Shown here: piece by piece, positions 35,997 to 46,452 of the stretch
How positions within the stretch are numbered: the stretch's first letter is position 1
How the letters are laid out: each line of letters begins with the position of its first letter
IMG/VR virus record: IMGVR_UViG_3300037349_000099
Location: 2,076 to 66,075 of that record
Strand: one strand, 5' to 3'
Length of the DNA: 64,000 bases
Source: a virus
Lineage: Duplodnaviria; Caudoviricetes
The notes under the pieces: model-generated
Told to the model about the DNA's origin: nothing
The model's database searches: none
What the model saw: the letters and a program-made list of their open reading frames with translations, nothing else
Program-made: the position numbers and the translations under genes

Positions 35997-38900
35997 TTAG
36001 CCTCCCATCTCTGACTCGTCCCGAGCCTGGTACATCGGGATCGAGTACATGGCAAGCCATTTCAATTCAAACCACGAGTCCGCGACGCGCCCGTTGTTGA
36101 ACTCCATCCTCCACCGCTCATTGATCTTGCTCGGCACCATCCGGCTCAGGCCCTCGCTTTCGAGGATGTTCAGGTCAATGGGCCGGCACGGAAGAATCAA
36201 GCCCTTGATAGCGTTCCCTGTCGCATCGACCGTGTTGGTTAACATCTGGCGACCGCCAATGAAATACGGATACAGCGTGCCGTTGCCGCGGGCATTCAAG
36301 GTGAATCCCTCGATCTTGCTCAGGGCCATCGTGGTTTCAGGGCACACAGTCTGGTAGCGGCAGTCGATTCCCGCCCCGTTATCGTTGAACTGCCCAGGGG
36401 TCACATTCTGGACCGTCCCATCGGCCGCACTGGACCCGTAGCAGAACTGCGACGTGAAGTAGCCAGAGTCGAGGAACGGAATCCCCACCTGGCCCTGCGC
36501 GAACGGCTCTGTGATCGGCAACGCCCTTTCCAGCCGCTCGCAGATGAAGCCCTGAACGTCATTGATCGAGAACTTGCGCACGTCCGCGATCGCAATCTCT
36601 TTGGCCGAGAACGTCGAGAAGTGGACCGGCTGTGCCCATCCCTCAAGGTAATTGAGGACAATCTCCTGATTGGGTACGGTCGAGTTGCCGACAGGCGCAA
36701 GGATATGGACCTCGTGCCGCTCCTGGTCGATTTTGCAGCAGATGGTGTTTGCCGCACTCCAGTTGATCGTCTTCCAGAAGTAGGGGATTTCCTTCGTCAC
36801 AAGCTCTGGGCTGGTTTCCTCGTACTTGTAGATCCCACTGCGGTGGACAAAGATCATAAAGTCGCCGCAGGCATCGAACGCCCGAGGCCCGCACGGACCC
36901 CGCTCGCTCCACCGCTTCGTCGCCGTCCAGGACTGGGGATTGTTCGGGTTGGCTGTAAAGGTGAAGCCAGACCGCTCCCTGAGCCCGTAGACGGTGCCGC
37001 GGTACTCGATGGTGCCCCAAGCTCTCTCCCCATCGTCAGAGCCAACCGAGATGTAACTCAGGTCCGCATAATAACTCTCGGGGTCGCCGGCAAGCGAAAC
37101 CCACCAGCCGGAGTAGTACCCAGGCACTCCAGCCTGGAAGATGCGATCGACACTTGGGCAATAGGTGCAATGCACCGCCTGGTTCGGCCAGATCACATCC
37201 AGCCGGTCAGTTACGTCATTAGAACCGTCCAGATACTCGTCTGTGAAGTTGAAGACGCCGCTGGTGGTCGCATTGTCCTGAAAGACGGTAGCCGACTGGT
37301 TGATGGTGTCGGAAAGAAACGTCTGAGGATAAACGAAGTTCTGCGCTGGGTATTGGAGGTTGACGTCGCCAATCCACCAGAAGGGACCAGCGTTCGACCC
37401 GTCGGCCACCGAAAAGGCCACGATGCGGGCGAGGGTATAGGCCGGTCCGGTCGCCACCTTGAAGATGCCGAGTTCCCATCCGTCTTCATCGACGGCGTAT
37501 TGAATAACCGAATTGGCAGTGAACCCCGAGACGGTGTAATTCTGGTTCATGTACATCAGCGCCGCGTAGCGATAGCCCTGGGTGCCATTTATGCCGCCCG
37601 TCGCTGTGTCGGCCACGATGGCGCCGCCCGGTCCCGTTCCGTTTACCGTCGGGGGATTTGGGCCAGTGGCTGATTCCAAGATGAAAGGCTGGGCGGCGGG
37701 CTGGTAGAAGCCGACGAGCGCAAAGGCCGTCGACGGAGGGGCTGGCGTCCCTGTCGGCACATCCGCCTCATAGATGCCAACTGAGGCGATGGTGTAAAGG
37801 GCGTTGTTATTGTCGTCCTCGGGCACCGCAACAGTCACCAGGACCGCATCATTGCCATTCGTATTGATGATCGAGTTGACTGGTCCGAGAGTCGTTTCTC
37901 CCAGCGCATTTGTGTAGGTCTGCGCGACGTAGACATCTCGGCCGGCCGGGAAACTGCCAGCGGGCAGAGTAGCGGTGTTGGCCAGCGGTGGATTGACCCC
38001 CGATGCCGCGGCGGTGATGGTCGGCGTCGCGCCAAGAGCGTAACTGCCATAGAGTTGGTACTGGTCCGTTGCGGGTACCTGGGATCCCTCGGCAACGTCA
38101 ATCTCGTAGATGTTGACGCCAGTCACGGTGGGCCCGTAGTTCGATGCCAGCGCCACCGTGGCGCCTTGGGTCGCTCCGGTCGTAGTGATATTCGCTGTTG
38201 CGCCCGCCGTCGTCTCTCCCGCAGCATTCGTGAGGGTCAGGAGGACGTAGATGGTCCTGTTCGCGCCAAAAGTGCCAACTCCAAGCGATAGGCCAGGCGC
38301 ATTGGGCGGAGCCACGAGGCTTCCGGCTTGGATGCGCTGGATTTGAACTTCAGTATCTGGGGTAGGCAACTGACCGGGAACTACGCGCGCCGTGCAGAGA
38401 GATGGCGGGGCGACTCCGGAAGGCGGGGCAGTGCAACTGTAGATAGTATTCAGAGCGACCGGAGCGTTATTGGAAAGCTCGTAGCTCGAGATAGAGGGGG
38501 CCGCAGCATTGTGCGCCACACTGGCCGCATAGATGTTCGCACCGGTGGGGACATACGACGGTCCAAGTTCCTGAAACCAGCTCGGCATCGAGGCCAGCGG
38601 CGGAATCGTGACCAGCACAATCGATGAGCCGGCAATCGTAGTCACGAAAGCGGGGGGAGAGGGCAAAGTCTCCCCCATCGAGTTGACCAGCGTAACAACG
38701 ATGTAAACGTCGAGGCCTGTGTCCCAGGAGCCGCCAGAGGACTGGAGAGCCAGCACTGGCTTGGCGGGCGGTGGCACTCGGTTGGCCATGACGGCCGTGT
38801 ATTCCTGCCACTGGGCAGTGTTGTCGTAAAACGTGCCGCTGTCGGCCAGCGAATAGAAAGGAGGCTGCGCGCCAGTGACGCCCGCAGTGATGCAGCGATA

Positions 38901-39467
38901 GGTGTGCCCGTTTCCGCTCGGCGTGTTCGGTGTCATCATCTCGCCGACAAGGACTGGAGTGTTGGCAACCCAGTTCCAGCCGAACGGTTTCATTCCGTAA
39001 GGCCACACGTTTTTGGTCAGCGGATCGATGACCGCCATGCCCGAAAGCGGGAGATTCAGGTCAGAGAAAGCGGCGTAGACCTTGTTGTAGGCCTGGACCG
39101 CTACCATCTGGGCATTATTGGGAGGGGTAAAACTGGAGTTGTAGCCGAACTCGGTCATCTGTCCTGAACCGACCGGGCTCTCATACTGAAGAGCGCCGAG
39201 CATGTCAAAGATGATCGGAAGTTGGAAGAAGTTCTCTGTCACCGTCTCGGGGGTATAGAGGGCACCAATTAAGCCTGTGATGGGGCTTTTGTTGATGCCG
39301 CTCATGGTGGTCGAGATTCCGTCCCTTGTTCGAACGGAGGTCAGAGAGTCAAAGCAGCAGTTACGAACTAAAGCGGACAGACCGGTCGGGATATTGGTCC
39401 AGTCATCCTGATCCATGTACCCCAGGAATCGAGAAATAATACCTAGCTGTCCGCTGAAGTTGGCCAC
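35997..39467 (-). CDS. Tail nozzle/packaged-DNA stabilization-like protein with inserted repeats
   Basis: Beta-propeller-like C-half (GPCGPRA..., FVHRSGIYKY); three or more Y.V.T..N..GET...G.NIY modules; follows the adaptor gene. Confidence 0.65.
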   Translation of the reverse strand: MANFSGQLGIISRFLGYMDQDDWTNIPTGLSALVRNCCFDSLTSVRTRDGISTTMSGINKSPITGLIGALYTPETVTENFFQLPIIFDMLGALQYESPVGSGQMTEFGYNSSFTPPNNAQMVAVQAYNKVYAAFSDLNLPLSGMAVIDPLTKNVWPYGMKPFGWNWVANTPVLVGEMMTPNTPSGNGHTYRCITAGVTGAQPPFYSLADSGTFYDNTAQWQEYTAVMANRVPPPAKPVLALQSSGGSWDTGLDVYIVVTLVNSMGETLPSPPAFVTTIAGSSIVLVTIPPLASMPSWFQELGPSYVPTGANIYAASVAHNAAAPSISSYELSNNAPVALNTIYSCTAPPSGVAPPSLCTARVVPGQLPTPDTEVQIQRIQAGSLVAPPNAPGLSLGVGTFGANRTIYVLLTLTNAAGETTAGATANITTTGATQGATVALASNYGPTVTGVNIYEIDVAEGSQVPATDQYQLYGSYALGATPTITAAASGVNPPLANTATLPAGSFPAGRDVYVAQTYTNALGETTLGPVNSIINTNGNDAVLVTVAVPEDDNNNALYTIASVGIYEADVPTGTPAPPSTAFALVGFYQPAAQPFILESATGPNPPTVNGTGPGGAIVADTATGGINGTQGYRYAALMYMNQNYTVSGFTANSVIQYAVDEDGWELGIFKVATGPAYTLARIVAFSVADGSNAGPFWWIGDVNLQYPAQNFVYPQTFLSDTINQSATVFQDNATTSGVFNFTDEYLDGSNDVTDRLDVIWPNQAVHCTYCPSVDRIFQAGVPGYYSGWWVSLAGDPESYYADLSYISVGSDDGERAWGTIEYRGTVYGLRERSGFTFTANPNNPQSWTATKRWSERGPCGPRAFDACGDFMIFVHRSGIYKYEETSPELVTKEIPYFWKTINWSAANTICCKIDQERHEVHILAPVGNSTVPNQEIVLNYLEGWAQPVHFSTFSAKEIAIADVRKFSINDVQGFICERLERALPITEPFAQGQVGIPFLDSGYFTSQFCYGSSAADGTVQNVTPGQFNDNGAGIDCRYQTVCPETTMALSKIEGFTLNARGNGTLYPYFIGGRQMLTNTVDATGNAIKGLILPCRPIDLNILESEGLSRMVPSKINERWRMEFNNGRVADSWFELKWLAMYSIPMYQARDESEMGG

Positions 39468-39496
39468 GAGGCTCCACTATTCGTTTGCTGCTTTGG

Positions 39497-39859
39497 TTAG
39501 AACGGCACTTCGACAACGATGGACTGGTTGAGGATGCCAGCCGGATAAGCGCCTGCGCCCAACTCAACTCCGCCGGTTGCGATCTGGACCTTGAAGTTGC
39601 CGAGCGTCGTCCCAGGCACCACCTGAGCCGAATAGAGCGCATAGGCCCCTGTGAAGTTCTGCGAGAAGACGGCCACGCCTTCCTTCGGTACATCCTGGGG
39701 GTATCCAAGGATGCCCTTGCCGTTCGGATCTTTGAATGCGGATGGATTGAGGTTGAGGGTGTCGCCGCCAGTGGCGTAGATGCCGGTAAACACGAGCTGC
39801 AAGAAGAGCCGGTCCGGCACTCCAGCGGGCGAATATTTGACTACATTTTCTGTGAGCAT
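39497..39859 (-). CDS. Small structural protein
   Basis: YATGG motif, beta-rich; head-tail region. Confidence 0.55.
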   Translation of the reverse strand: MLTENVVKYSPAGVPDRLFLQLVFTGIYATGGDTLNLNPSAFKDPNGKGILGYPQDVPKEGVAVFSQNFTGAYALYSAQVVPGTTLGNFKVQIATGGVELGAGAYPAGILNQSIVVEVPF

Positions 39860-39892
39860 CGGAATTCTCCTTGAGTAAGTTGATGGTTGAGG

Positions 39893-40609
39893 TTAGTTGC
39901 CGCCGTAACCACGACGACCACCGCCGCGGCTTCCATTCATGCGCCCCACGCGCGAACTTGTTCCCTGCTGCTGCCTTACCAACATGGCTGAAACGTCGTC
40001 GAGTGTGTCTTTTCCCTGCTGGCCGTAGTTCGACACATAGTTCGCGTTGCCGCGTTCCGCCCCGACCAGTGCAGCCGTCATATACCCGAGCGCCACTCCC
40101 ATCAACGGATGGAGTTGAATTAGGTCCGTGTCTTTGACCAGCGCCGGCGGCCGGAACTCGCCGCGGATGCGAATATCAAAGGCGTACCCCAAAGCCGTGA
40201 TGTAGACGATGTAGCTGCGCCACTCCCAGCAGAAGCGCCCAGTCCAGTAATTCGTAGGCTGGCCTGCCGCGTAGTTGCTGGAGTTGGGCAGGATGTCTCT
40301 CCGGGTTCCCATGACGTAACTGGTTTCAGGGAGCCCGGTGCCCTTTACCTCAATGTCGAGAGGGTTGACCAGACCATCGAACGGCTGGCCCTTCTTCTGG
40401 AGTTCGGCCAGTGAGCTGGTGCCGAGCGCCACGTTGGTTGCAACTTGCAGTTGGGTGATGAAAGGGGAGCATGTGCCTTCGAGATAGTTGAGGGCCTGTT
40501 TGTACGCCGTGTTGATGAGCGGCATGACATAGCTGTCGGTAATGAAGTCCCCGTCTGGGTCTCCACAGAGCGACCTGACCTGCGCCTTCACATCTAAAAC
40601 AGAATCCAT
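39893..40609 (-). CDS. Head-tail adaptor-like protein
   Basis: V..QVR.L.GD.....LIN.AY N-terminal helices; position. Confidence 0.6.
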   Translation of the reverse strand: MDSVLDVKAQVRSLCGDPDGDFITDSYVMPLINTAYKQALNYLEGTCSPFITQLQVATNVALGTSSLAELQKKGQPFDGLVNPLDIEVKGTGLPETSYVMGTRRDILPNSSNYAAGQPTNYWTGRFCWEWRSYIVYITALGYAFDIRIRGEFRPPALVKDTDLIQLHPLMGVALGYMTAALVGAERGNANYVSNYGQQGKDTLDDVSAMLVRQQQGTSSRVGRMNGSRGGGRRGYGGN

Positions 40610-40624
40610 GCTCCCCTTCCCGGT

Positions 40625-41629
40625 TTACAGCCCTTCGCGCATCGCCTTGCGCTTGGCTTCGATCTTGCGGATTTCGACCCACTCAGTTGCAGAGCAGCGA
40701 TCAAGCGACGGATGAGCGATTGGAATTTCAGCCGCCTTGTATGCTTCAAATGGGTTGTAGGGGCGCTGGCACTTGTGGCAGAAGTATGCGTCCACGCGCT
40801 TCTTCGATTCTCCGCAGCCCTCGCACGTTACAGCGTTCTCGTGCTGCATCGTGACCCATGGCGCCGGCGTCTGCCTCCAGCCCATATCCAGCTCGTACTG
40901 ATGCCAGATGCGGTGAACCGTCGTGATGTTCCCGCGCTGGTCCTCCTGGTCCCAGAAGGACTGCGCCTGCTGAGTGCTGGTTGCACAGAAGGACTTTTGC
41001 AGGTCCAGCGTCTGCGCGAGGGCCGAATCAAAATCGGTAACTTCTGTCAGATATTCACACCAGCCATTCGGCAGTTGCAGTTTCTGCGGAACCTTGATGC
41101 TCGCTTTCTTTGAGGTCGTCGGGAGATGGCGTCGGTCTCCCTCAAAGGCCAGAATCCCGCCCATGCCGGATGAGTTCGGCGTGCCGGTGGTGTAGGACGC
41201 GAGGAAGTGGTGCGCTATCTCCACCTGCTTGCAGGCGCGCGGCTCGTAGACGCCATATTCCCGGTCGCCCTGGACCATGACATCCTTGATGCGCGAGAAG
41301 ATGATCGGCTCTTTGATCGGCACCACAACGGCTTTGTAGGTGCGGCCGGCGTACTTGAAAGTGGCGATGTCGTCTTCGAGCACGTGAGGGTCATTGATCG
41401 AGCGGACCTTGAGGTTGATTCCGCCGTCGAGACTTCCGGCTACCGGGTTGAACCAGAGAATCGTTGCCGGCTGTGCCTGGCCGGTGGCTTTGAGCGAGGC
41501 CAGCAGGGACTCTCTCTCGATCCTGAGAGCCTGCATGGACCGGCCTTCGACGGCAGCTTGCGCTTTCATGTAGTCGCGGATGTGGGGATTGTCGTTCGGG
41601 TTTACTTGTGCGAAATTCGGTGATCCCAT
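40625..41629 (-). CDS. Hypothetical protein with C-terminal zinc ribbon
   Basis: CEGC...CHKC; GAAGGAG RBS. Confidence 0.7.
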   Translation of the reverse strand: MGSPNFAQVNPNDNPHIRDYMKAQAAVEGRSMQALRIERESLLASLKATGQAQPATILWFNPVAGSLDGGINLKVRSINDPHVLEDDIATFKYAGRTYKAVVVPIKEPIIFSRIKDVMVQGDREYGVYEPRACKQVEIAHHFLASYTTGTPNSSGMGGILAFEGDRRHLPTTSKKASIKVPQKLQLPNGWCEYLTEVTDFDSALAQTLDLQKSFCATSTQQAQSFWDQEDQRGNITTVHRIWHQYELDMGWRQTPAPWVTMQHENAVTCEGCGESKKRVDAYFCHKCQRPYNPFEAYKAAEIPIAHPSLDRCSATEWVEIRKIEAKRKAMREGL

Positions 41630-41664
41630 GGTTCTCTTCTCCTTCTGTGTGTCGGTCCTGCGGG

Positions 41665-42366
41665 TTATGCGTCGTGAACCGCGCCAAGGTGCTCGGTCAT
41701 TCCAGCCTGCGCGGTGAGTTGGTTGCGGAACCGCTGCGCTTCGAGCGATGTGCTCTTGAGCACCGGAACCAGTTCGTTCTTGCGTCGGTCGTTGAGGTCG
41801 GCGACGAGTTTGGCCTTCGCCTCCTTACGGGCATACTCCTCATCCCGCATGACCTGGCGGAAGTAGGCGTCGTGGTTGGTTGGCTGTTTGCGCATGTCCT
41901 CTTCGTACATGGCAATCGAATTTTCGAGGTCACCTAATGCGGGAATCTTGTCGAACGGGCCGTTCATCAGGAAATATCGTCCGCGCTCGGGATAGGGTTC
42001 GCACAATAACCGGCTGCCATTCTCTGACTTTTCGGACGCCCACTGTTCCCGTGTGCCCCAGGTTGAGGCCGGAAACCACTTTTCGAGAATCCAGCCGTCT
42101 GCGCAGTTGTACCGCGGAACTTCGAGGATTCCAGAGGTCACCGAGGAATGGACGGTGCTTTCAAATACCTTGCCGCCGGTCCCGATTGTGACAATGGACT
42201 GCTCCCCATCGCCCATATTGCGGAGGATGCCGCCGCGCTTGACGATGCAGTGCTGCGCCAGCACGACGCGCCACATGGGCTCGCCGTAGGGGTTCTTGCC
42301 CCCAATGCGCGCAATAGCTGCCTGTAGGGACTTTGGTGCGTCGTTCGTTGGATCGATGATGCTCAT
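41665..42366 (-). CDS. Hypothetical virion-region protein
   Basis: GGKNPYGEP.WRVV, WILEKW.P, YP.RG.Y; follows capsid. Confidence 0.7.
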   Translation of the reverse strand: MSIIDPTNDAPKSLQAAIARIGGKNPYGEPMWRVVLAQHCIVKRGGILRNMGDGEQSIVTIGTGGKVFESTVHSSVTSGILEVPRYNCADGWILEKWFPASTWGTREQWASEKSENGSRLLCEPYPERGRYFLMNGPFDKIPALGDLENSIAMYEEDMRKQPTNHDAYFRQVMRDEEYARKEAKAKLVADLNDRRKNELVPVLKSTSLEAQRFRNQLTAQAGMTEHLGAVHDA

Positions 42367-42445
42367 GCGTAATCACCCTGCTTTTATGCACGAAGGGGCT
42401 TCCAGACGCATCCAGAGGCCCCTTTTATGCAGTTGTTATGCGTTT

Positions 42446-43738
42446 CTAGTTGCTCAGGATGGCCTGAACGCCCAGGTTGTAGATCGCACCGTTGGCTACC
42501 GGCAGCGAGCTGTAGTAGTTGAATGAATCCCGATACATCGCATCCGCCTCGGAAACCCACAGCCCGCCGGAGTTGCGCTGCCAGAAGATTTCAGACCCAC
42601 CGAAGGGAATGAACATCTGCGACTTGGGGTACCGGACGCGCTTCATGGTCGCCTTGTCGATCCAGCGCAGGGTGTCGGTGCGGCACATCGAATCCTCAAC
42701 GACTTCGAGGCCGGCCAGCATCCAGTTTGCGAAGGGGTTGGTCGCCACATCGTAGCTGTCGGGGAGTTTCCCGTTGCCCGCGGTGTAGAGAGTCTTCGCA
42801 AAGCCGAGGATCTGCGCAGAGACGCGCTGGGCCGGGTGAGCGTACCAGACGTTCCGCTTGCGCTGTGTGAAGCGCTTGACGCCAAGGGACTGCTTCATGC
42901 GCGCCATGAACGCCTCGACCATGCCCAGGGTCAGATATGCGCCGTTGGCGTTGTAGGTGGGAGCCTGGACGTAGGGGTTGGAGCGGGCGATTCCGCAATA
43001 CTCCAGAGCTGAGGAGCCGGAGATGATGTAATCCAGCCCGTTCACGCCGATGGGGTTTCCGGTCGAGAGGCCCGTCGGGATGAAGTAATAGCCCGCCGCC
43101 GTTCCAGCCGGAGCCGCATCCACCGTCGCGGTATCGATCGTGCCCACGCCGCCATTCTGGAGGCTCAGGACATTCACATTGCCGATGACGTTGAAGTTGG
43201 CATCGGTGATCTGATAGTAGCCGTTGCGGTCCAGCAGGCGGCCACCGAAGGGCGGAGTCACCAGCGGAATGTTGTTGCCGCCGGCATAGGTCGCGTTGAC
43301 CTGGGCCAAGATGCCGTTGTTGTAGCCCTGGATGTAGGCGTTGCGGGTGTGGGCGGTCTTCTCCTTGACATCCGAAATCATCAACGAGATCCAGTTGTCG
43401 ACCACCACGTCACGGCCACCAGAGGCGATGCGTTTGGAGAGGTCAGTTGCGGAGATGACGTCGAGAATCGTCAGAGGAGCAACGATCATCTGGTCAACCT
43501 GGCTGGCCTGCCCTTGGGGATAGGTGCCGCCGTCATCCTGGATGTACGAGACGGTGCCGCCGACTTCAGTCCGGATGGGGTGGCGATACTGTTGGAGACC
43601 GATTTCCTCGGTCGGTGCGGCGGAGAACAAAGTGTCTCCTGCCATGTCGAGATTCTCCGACAACTGCACGTCGGAGTTCACTTTCTGAAGCATCCAAGAC
43701 GTTTGCTGGGATGCGGCGCCGAGATTCTGCTGGGGCAT
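42446..43738 (-). CDS. Major capsid protein
   Basis: 430 aa after the scaffold; Y.G..NG.LA, GLDYII....YCGIARS pattern; followed by a hairpin. Confidence 0.75.
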   Translation of the reverse strand: MPQQNLGAASQQTSWMLQKVNSDVQLSENLDMAGDTLFSAAPTEEIGLQQYRHPIRTEVGGTVSYIQDDGGTYPQGQASQVDQMIVAPLTILDVISATDLSKRIASGGRDVVVDNWISLMISDVKEKTAHTRNAYIQGYNNGILAQVNATYAGGNNIPLVTPPFGGRLLDRNGYYQITDANFNVIGNVNVLSLQNGGVGTIDTATVDAAPAGTAAGYYFIPTGLSTGNPIGVNGLDYIISGSSALEYCGIARSNPYVQAPTYNANGAYLTLGMVEAFMARMKQSLGVKRFTQRKRNVWYAHPAQRVSAQILGFAKTLYTAGNGKLPDSYDVATNPFANWMLAGLEVVEDSMCRTDTLRWIDKATMKRVRYPKSQMFIPFGGSEIFWQRNSGGLWVSEADAMYRDSFNYYSSLPVANGAIYNLGVQAILSN

Positions 43739-43964
43739 GATGTCCCATTCCTTTTCTCACCGTCCCTCTTTCGTTGACGGCTGGGGTTGTTGGGCACTGC
43801 TTGGCGTCGCGCTTCTGCCGGTCTTTGATCTGCCGGGAGCGGTTTAAGTCTTTCCGTTTAGTGCTTCGGCTGCTCTGTTTAGCGATTCATCCGTTTTGCC
43901 CTGCGCCTCCGGGTAGGCGTTTACACCGGTGGACCGGGATGAGTTGCTTAATCGAGAGAGCCGA

Positions 43965-45641
43965 CTAGGACCGCAACATCTCGTCTTTTCTCATCAACGC
44001 TTTGGCTGTCCGTTCGCGCTGGTCTGCGTCGGGGAAGTTTTGGTCGACCCACTCATAGGCTTGCTTCATCGCATCCTGCGGAGTGAGTGATTTGGGCGTT
44101 CCGGCACTGCCGCCTGCCCGCGGCTCGCGCTCGGCAACCTTCTCACGAATGGCTGACTTACCCTGCCGTTTTTCACGGTCGGCAATCTCTGTCCGCTGAA
44201 TTTCGCGGAACTGTTTATCGAAGATGGCCGGCAGGTGCTCATCGATCAGCCGGTTGGCGAAGTCTACCCGGGCCGCTTCGGCTTCCGGGGATGGCGGCCG
44301 GTTGCGCAGCATTGCCGCCTGGTCGCGGATATAGGCCACGCCGCCGATGATCTTGCCGGTTGCGCGGTCCCTGCGGCCGTAAGTAGCTTCCTCGAACTTG
44401 TCGAGCAAACCCTTGGCAAAAACGCTGATGCCTGTTGCCGGGTCTTTCGCGTCGAGGACGTAACTTGGAATGAACGCGCCCACCTTCTCGCGCTCGTCGA
44501 TCATGGCCTTGAGTCGCTTGCCTACCGAACCACCCACCTTTGTGGCTACTGCGGTTTCGTAGGTTGCGCGCTCCGCCTTCTTCTGTTCGGCGGTCTGGGC
44601 TTTGGCCTTTCCGCCGAGTGCCTCCTCGCGGGCTGCAATCTCCGCATCCTTGGCCGCGTAGTAGGCCTTGGCTTCGGGACTGAGACCGCTCAGGTCGGGC
44701 TTCTTCTCGCCGCTGGCCGCACCCTTCTTCCAGTCCTGAATGAACTTGAAAGCCTGGAGAGCCATGTCGGCTTCCTCGCGGGCTTCCTCGGTACGGAACT
44801 GGCCGGCGGCCAACTGCGCTTCTAGGTCGCTGATTTCTACGCCGTGGTAGGAATCCACTATGTAGTCATTGAGCATCTGAAAGTCTTCGCCGTAGGTCGG
44901 CTTGCCGCCTGCGTCGAGAACAGGCTTGCCGTCCTTGTCCTTGACCATGAACTCATCTGCGAACTGGGAGAAGGCATCAGGGAAGCTATCGGGATTGTCC
45001 ACTGCTTCAAGAAACCCTGTTCGAAGACTGACCACGGTGTTGGCGGCATCGGCGGCATACTTGGCCGATTCGGGGTTTGGGAAGATTTCGAGGATCGGTG
45101 CGGCCTTTGCGCTCATCCTGGACATCGCGAACAGGGCGTTCTTGACCTCCGGGCTGGCATCCATCGCCGCTTGGAGTTCAGGACTCTTGGCGATTAGAGC
45201 GTTGAGAGCCTCTGGCGTGACCGCCTCAACAAGTTCCTCTGCGACGGCAGGTTTTTCCTCGGCAGGCTTATCTGCTTCCGCTTCGGCCGGCTTCTCAACA
45301 ACTGCCGCCGGATCAACTGCCGCTGCTTCTCCATCGGGTGCTGCTCCCTCCTCCTGTGCGCGCTCCCAGGCGTTGTGGGCATCGAGGAAGCTAACGATGT
45401 CGCCTTCAAAGTCAGACTGCTTGGGCTCTGTGCCCTTGGCTGCGGGTGCGGCCGGAGAGAGTGTGTCGCCGGGGGCTGCTGCTCCGGCTACTGGCGGGGT
45501 GCCTGCGCCGCCCGCTGGGGCTTCTACGGCTGGGGTGGACGTTGAGGCAGGCGTTGCGGGTACTGAGGCTGCTGGTGCTGCCGCTGGTGCGGCGGCGGGG
45601 GCTGCGGCTGGCGGTGCTGCTACTGCGGTTCCTTCGGGCAT
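43965..45641 (-). CDS. Probable scaffolding protein
   Basis: A/P/E-rich N-terminus, helical, lies between portal and capsid. Confidence 0.65.
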   Translation of the reverse strand: MPEGTAVAAPPAAAPAAAPAAAPAASVPATPASTSTPAVEAPAGGAGTPPVAGAAAPGDTLSPAAPAAKGTEPKQSDFEGDIVSFLDAHNAWERAQEEGAAPDGEAAAVDPAAVVEKPAEAEADKPAEEKPAVAEELVEAVTPEALNALIAKSPELQAAMDASPEVKNALFAMSRMSAKAAPILEIFPNPESAKYAADAANTVVSLRTGFLEAVDNPDSFPDAFSQFADEFMVKDKDGKPVLDAGGKPTYGEDFQMLNDYIVDSYHGVEISDLEAQLAAGQFRTEEAREEADMALQAFKFIQDWKKGAASGEKKPDLSGLSPEAKAYYAAKDAEIAAREEALGGKAKAQTAEQKKAERATYETAVATKVGGSVGKRLKAMIDEREKVGAFIPSYVLDAKDPATGISVFAKGLLDKFEEATYGRRDRATGKIIGGVAYIRDQAAMLRNRPPSPEAEAARVDFANRLIDEHLPAIFDKQFREIQRTEIADREKRQGKSAIREKVAEREPRAGGSAGTPKSLTPQDAMKQAYEWVDQNFPDADQRERTAKALMRKDEMLRS

Positions 45642-45691
45642 GCGGTTCTCCTTGTTTCATTCCTGCTGGGTGGTTCGGTGTTGCGGGCAGC

Positions 45692-45720
45692 AAAAAGGCC
45701 CACCCGGTTGGGTGAGCCTA
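45692..45720 (-). terminator. Rho-independent terminator
   Basis: AGGCTCACCC-AACC-GGGTGGGCCT followed by a T-run on the - strand. Confidence 0.7.
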
Positions 45721-45774
45721 GTCGCTAAATGAGTGAGGGTCCGGTTTGAGCACTGTTAGGAGGCTTGGACCCTT

Positions 45775-46446
45775 CTAACCGGGGAGCGGATTATCCGATG
45801 TGGTTCCTGGTTCGGAATCCAAAGTTGTCTCTGCAGTCAGAGCCTCCGTCGGGGAAGCAACGCTCTCTGGGGGTAACTTCGCAATCGCAGACGTATCGGG
45901 GCCAGCTCCAAGGTCCGAGGTCTCGGAGGACTGCTCCGCAAAATCTGCACTTTGTGTACTTTGCGTAGGGTCCGCGGTCGTCTCCGGCGCGGCCTCCTTT
46001 GCGGCAGTCGCATCCGCGATGCCCTGCAACTGCTTGTCGATGCCCTCGGTCGTGGTCGCCAGTTCGGTCTTGACGCCTTCCAACTCGGCTTCGAGGTCCG
46101 CAATCTTCTGGCGGTGCGTCTTGATGAGCGTGGCCTGCTGCTCGATGATCGCGGCGGCGGCCTTGAGGTTCGGGCTGGGCTCGTCCGATGTCGGCTCCTG
46201 CGGGGGCATCGGCTCAGGCAAATCCTTCCACCCGAACTTCTTCCCATCGGTCAGCGGGGTTACGAAGTCTTTCTTGATAGCCGCGTCAACGCTCTGGCCG
46301 CCCATGGCCGTGGCCTCATGCGCCGGGTCAAGGTAGAAAACCACAAGATGCTCGCTGTCGGCCTGCGGGACCGACTGCACCACAAGCGCATTGACCTGTG
46401 CATCGCCAAGCGCCAACAAAACTACACTGCCGTATTTCTTCGCCAT
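45775..46446 (-). CDS. Hypothetical coiled-coil protein
   Basis: Immediately downstream of portal. Confidence 0.7.
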   Translation of the reverse strand: MAKKYGSVVLLALGDAQVNALVVQSVPQADSEHLVVFYLDPAHEATAMGGQSVDAAIKKDFVTPLTDGKKFGWKDLPEPMPPQEPTSDEPSPNLKAAAAIIEQQATLIKTHRQKIADLEAELEGVKTELATTTEGIDKQLQGIADATAAKEAAPETTADPTQSTQSADFAEQSSETSDLGAGPDTSAIAKLPPESVASPTEALTAETTLDSEPGTTSDNPLPG

Positions 46447-46452
46447 TCTGTC

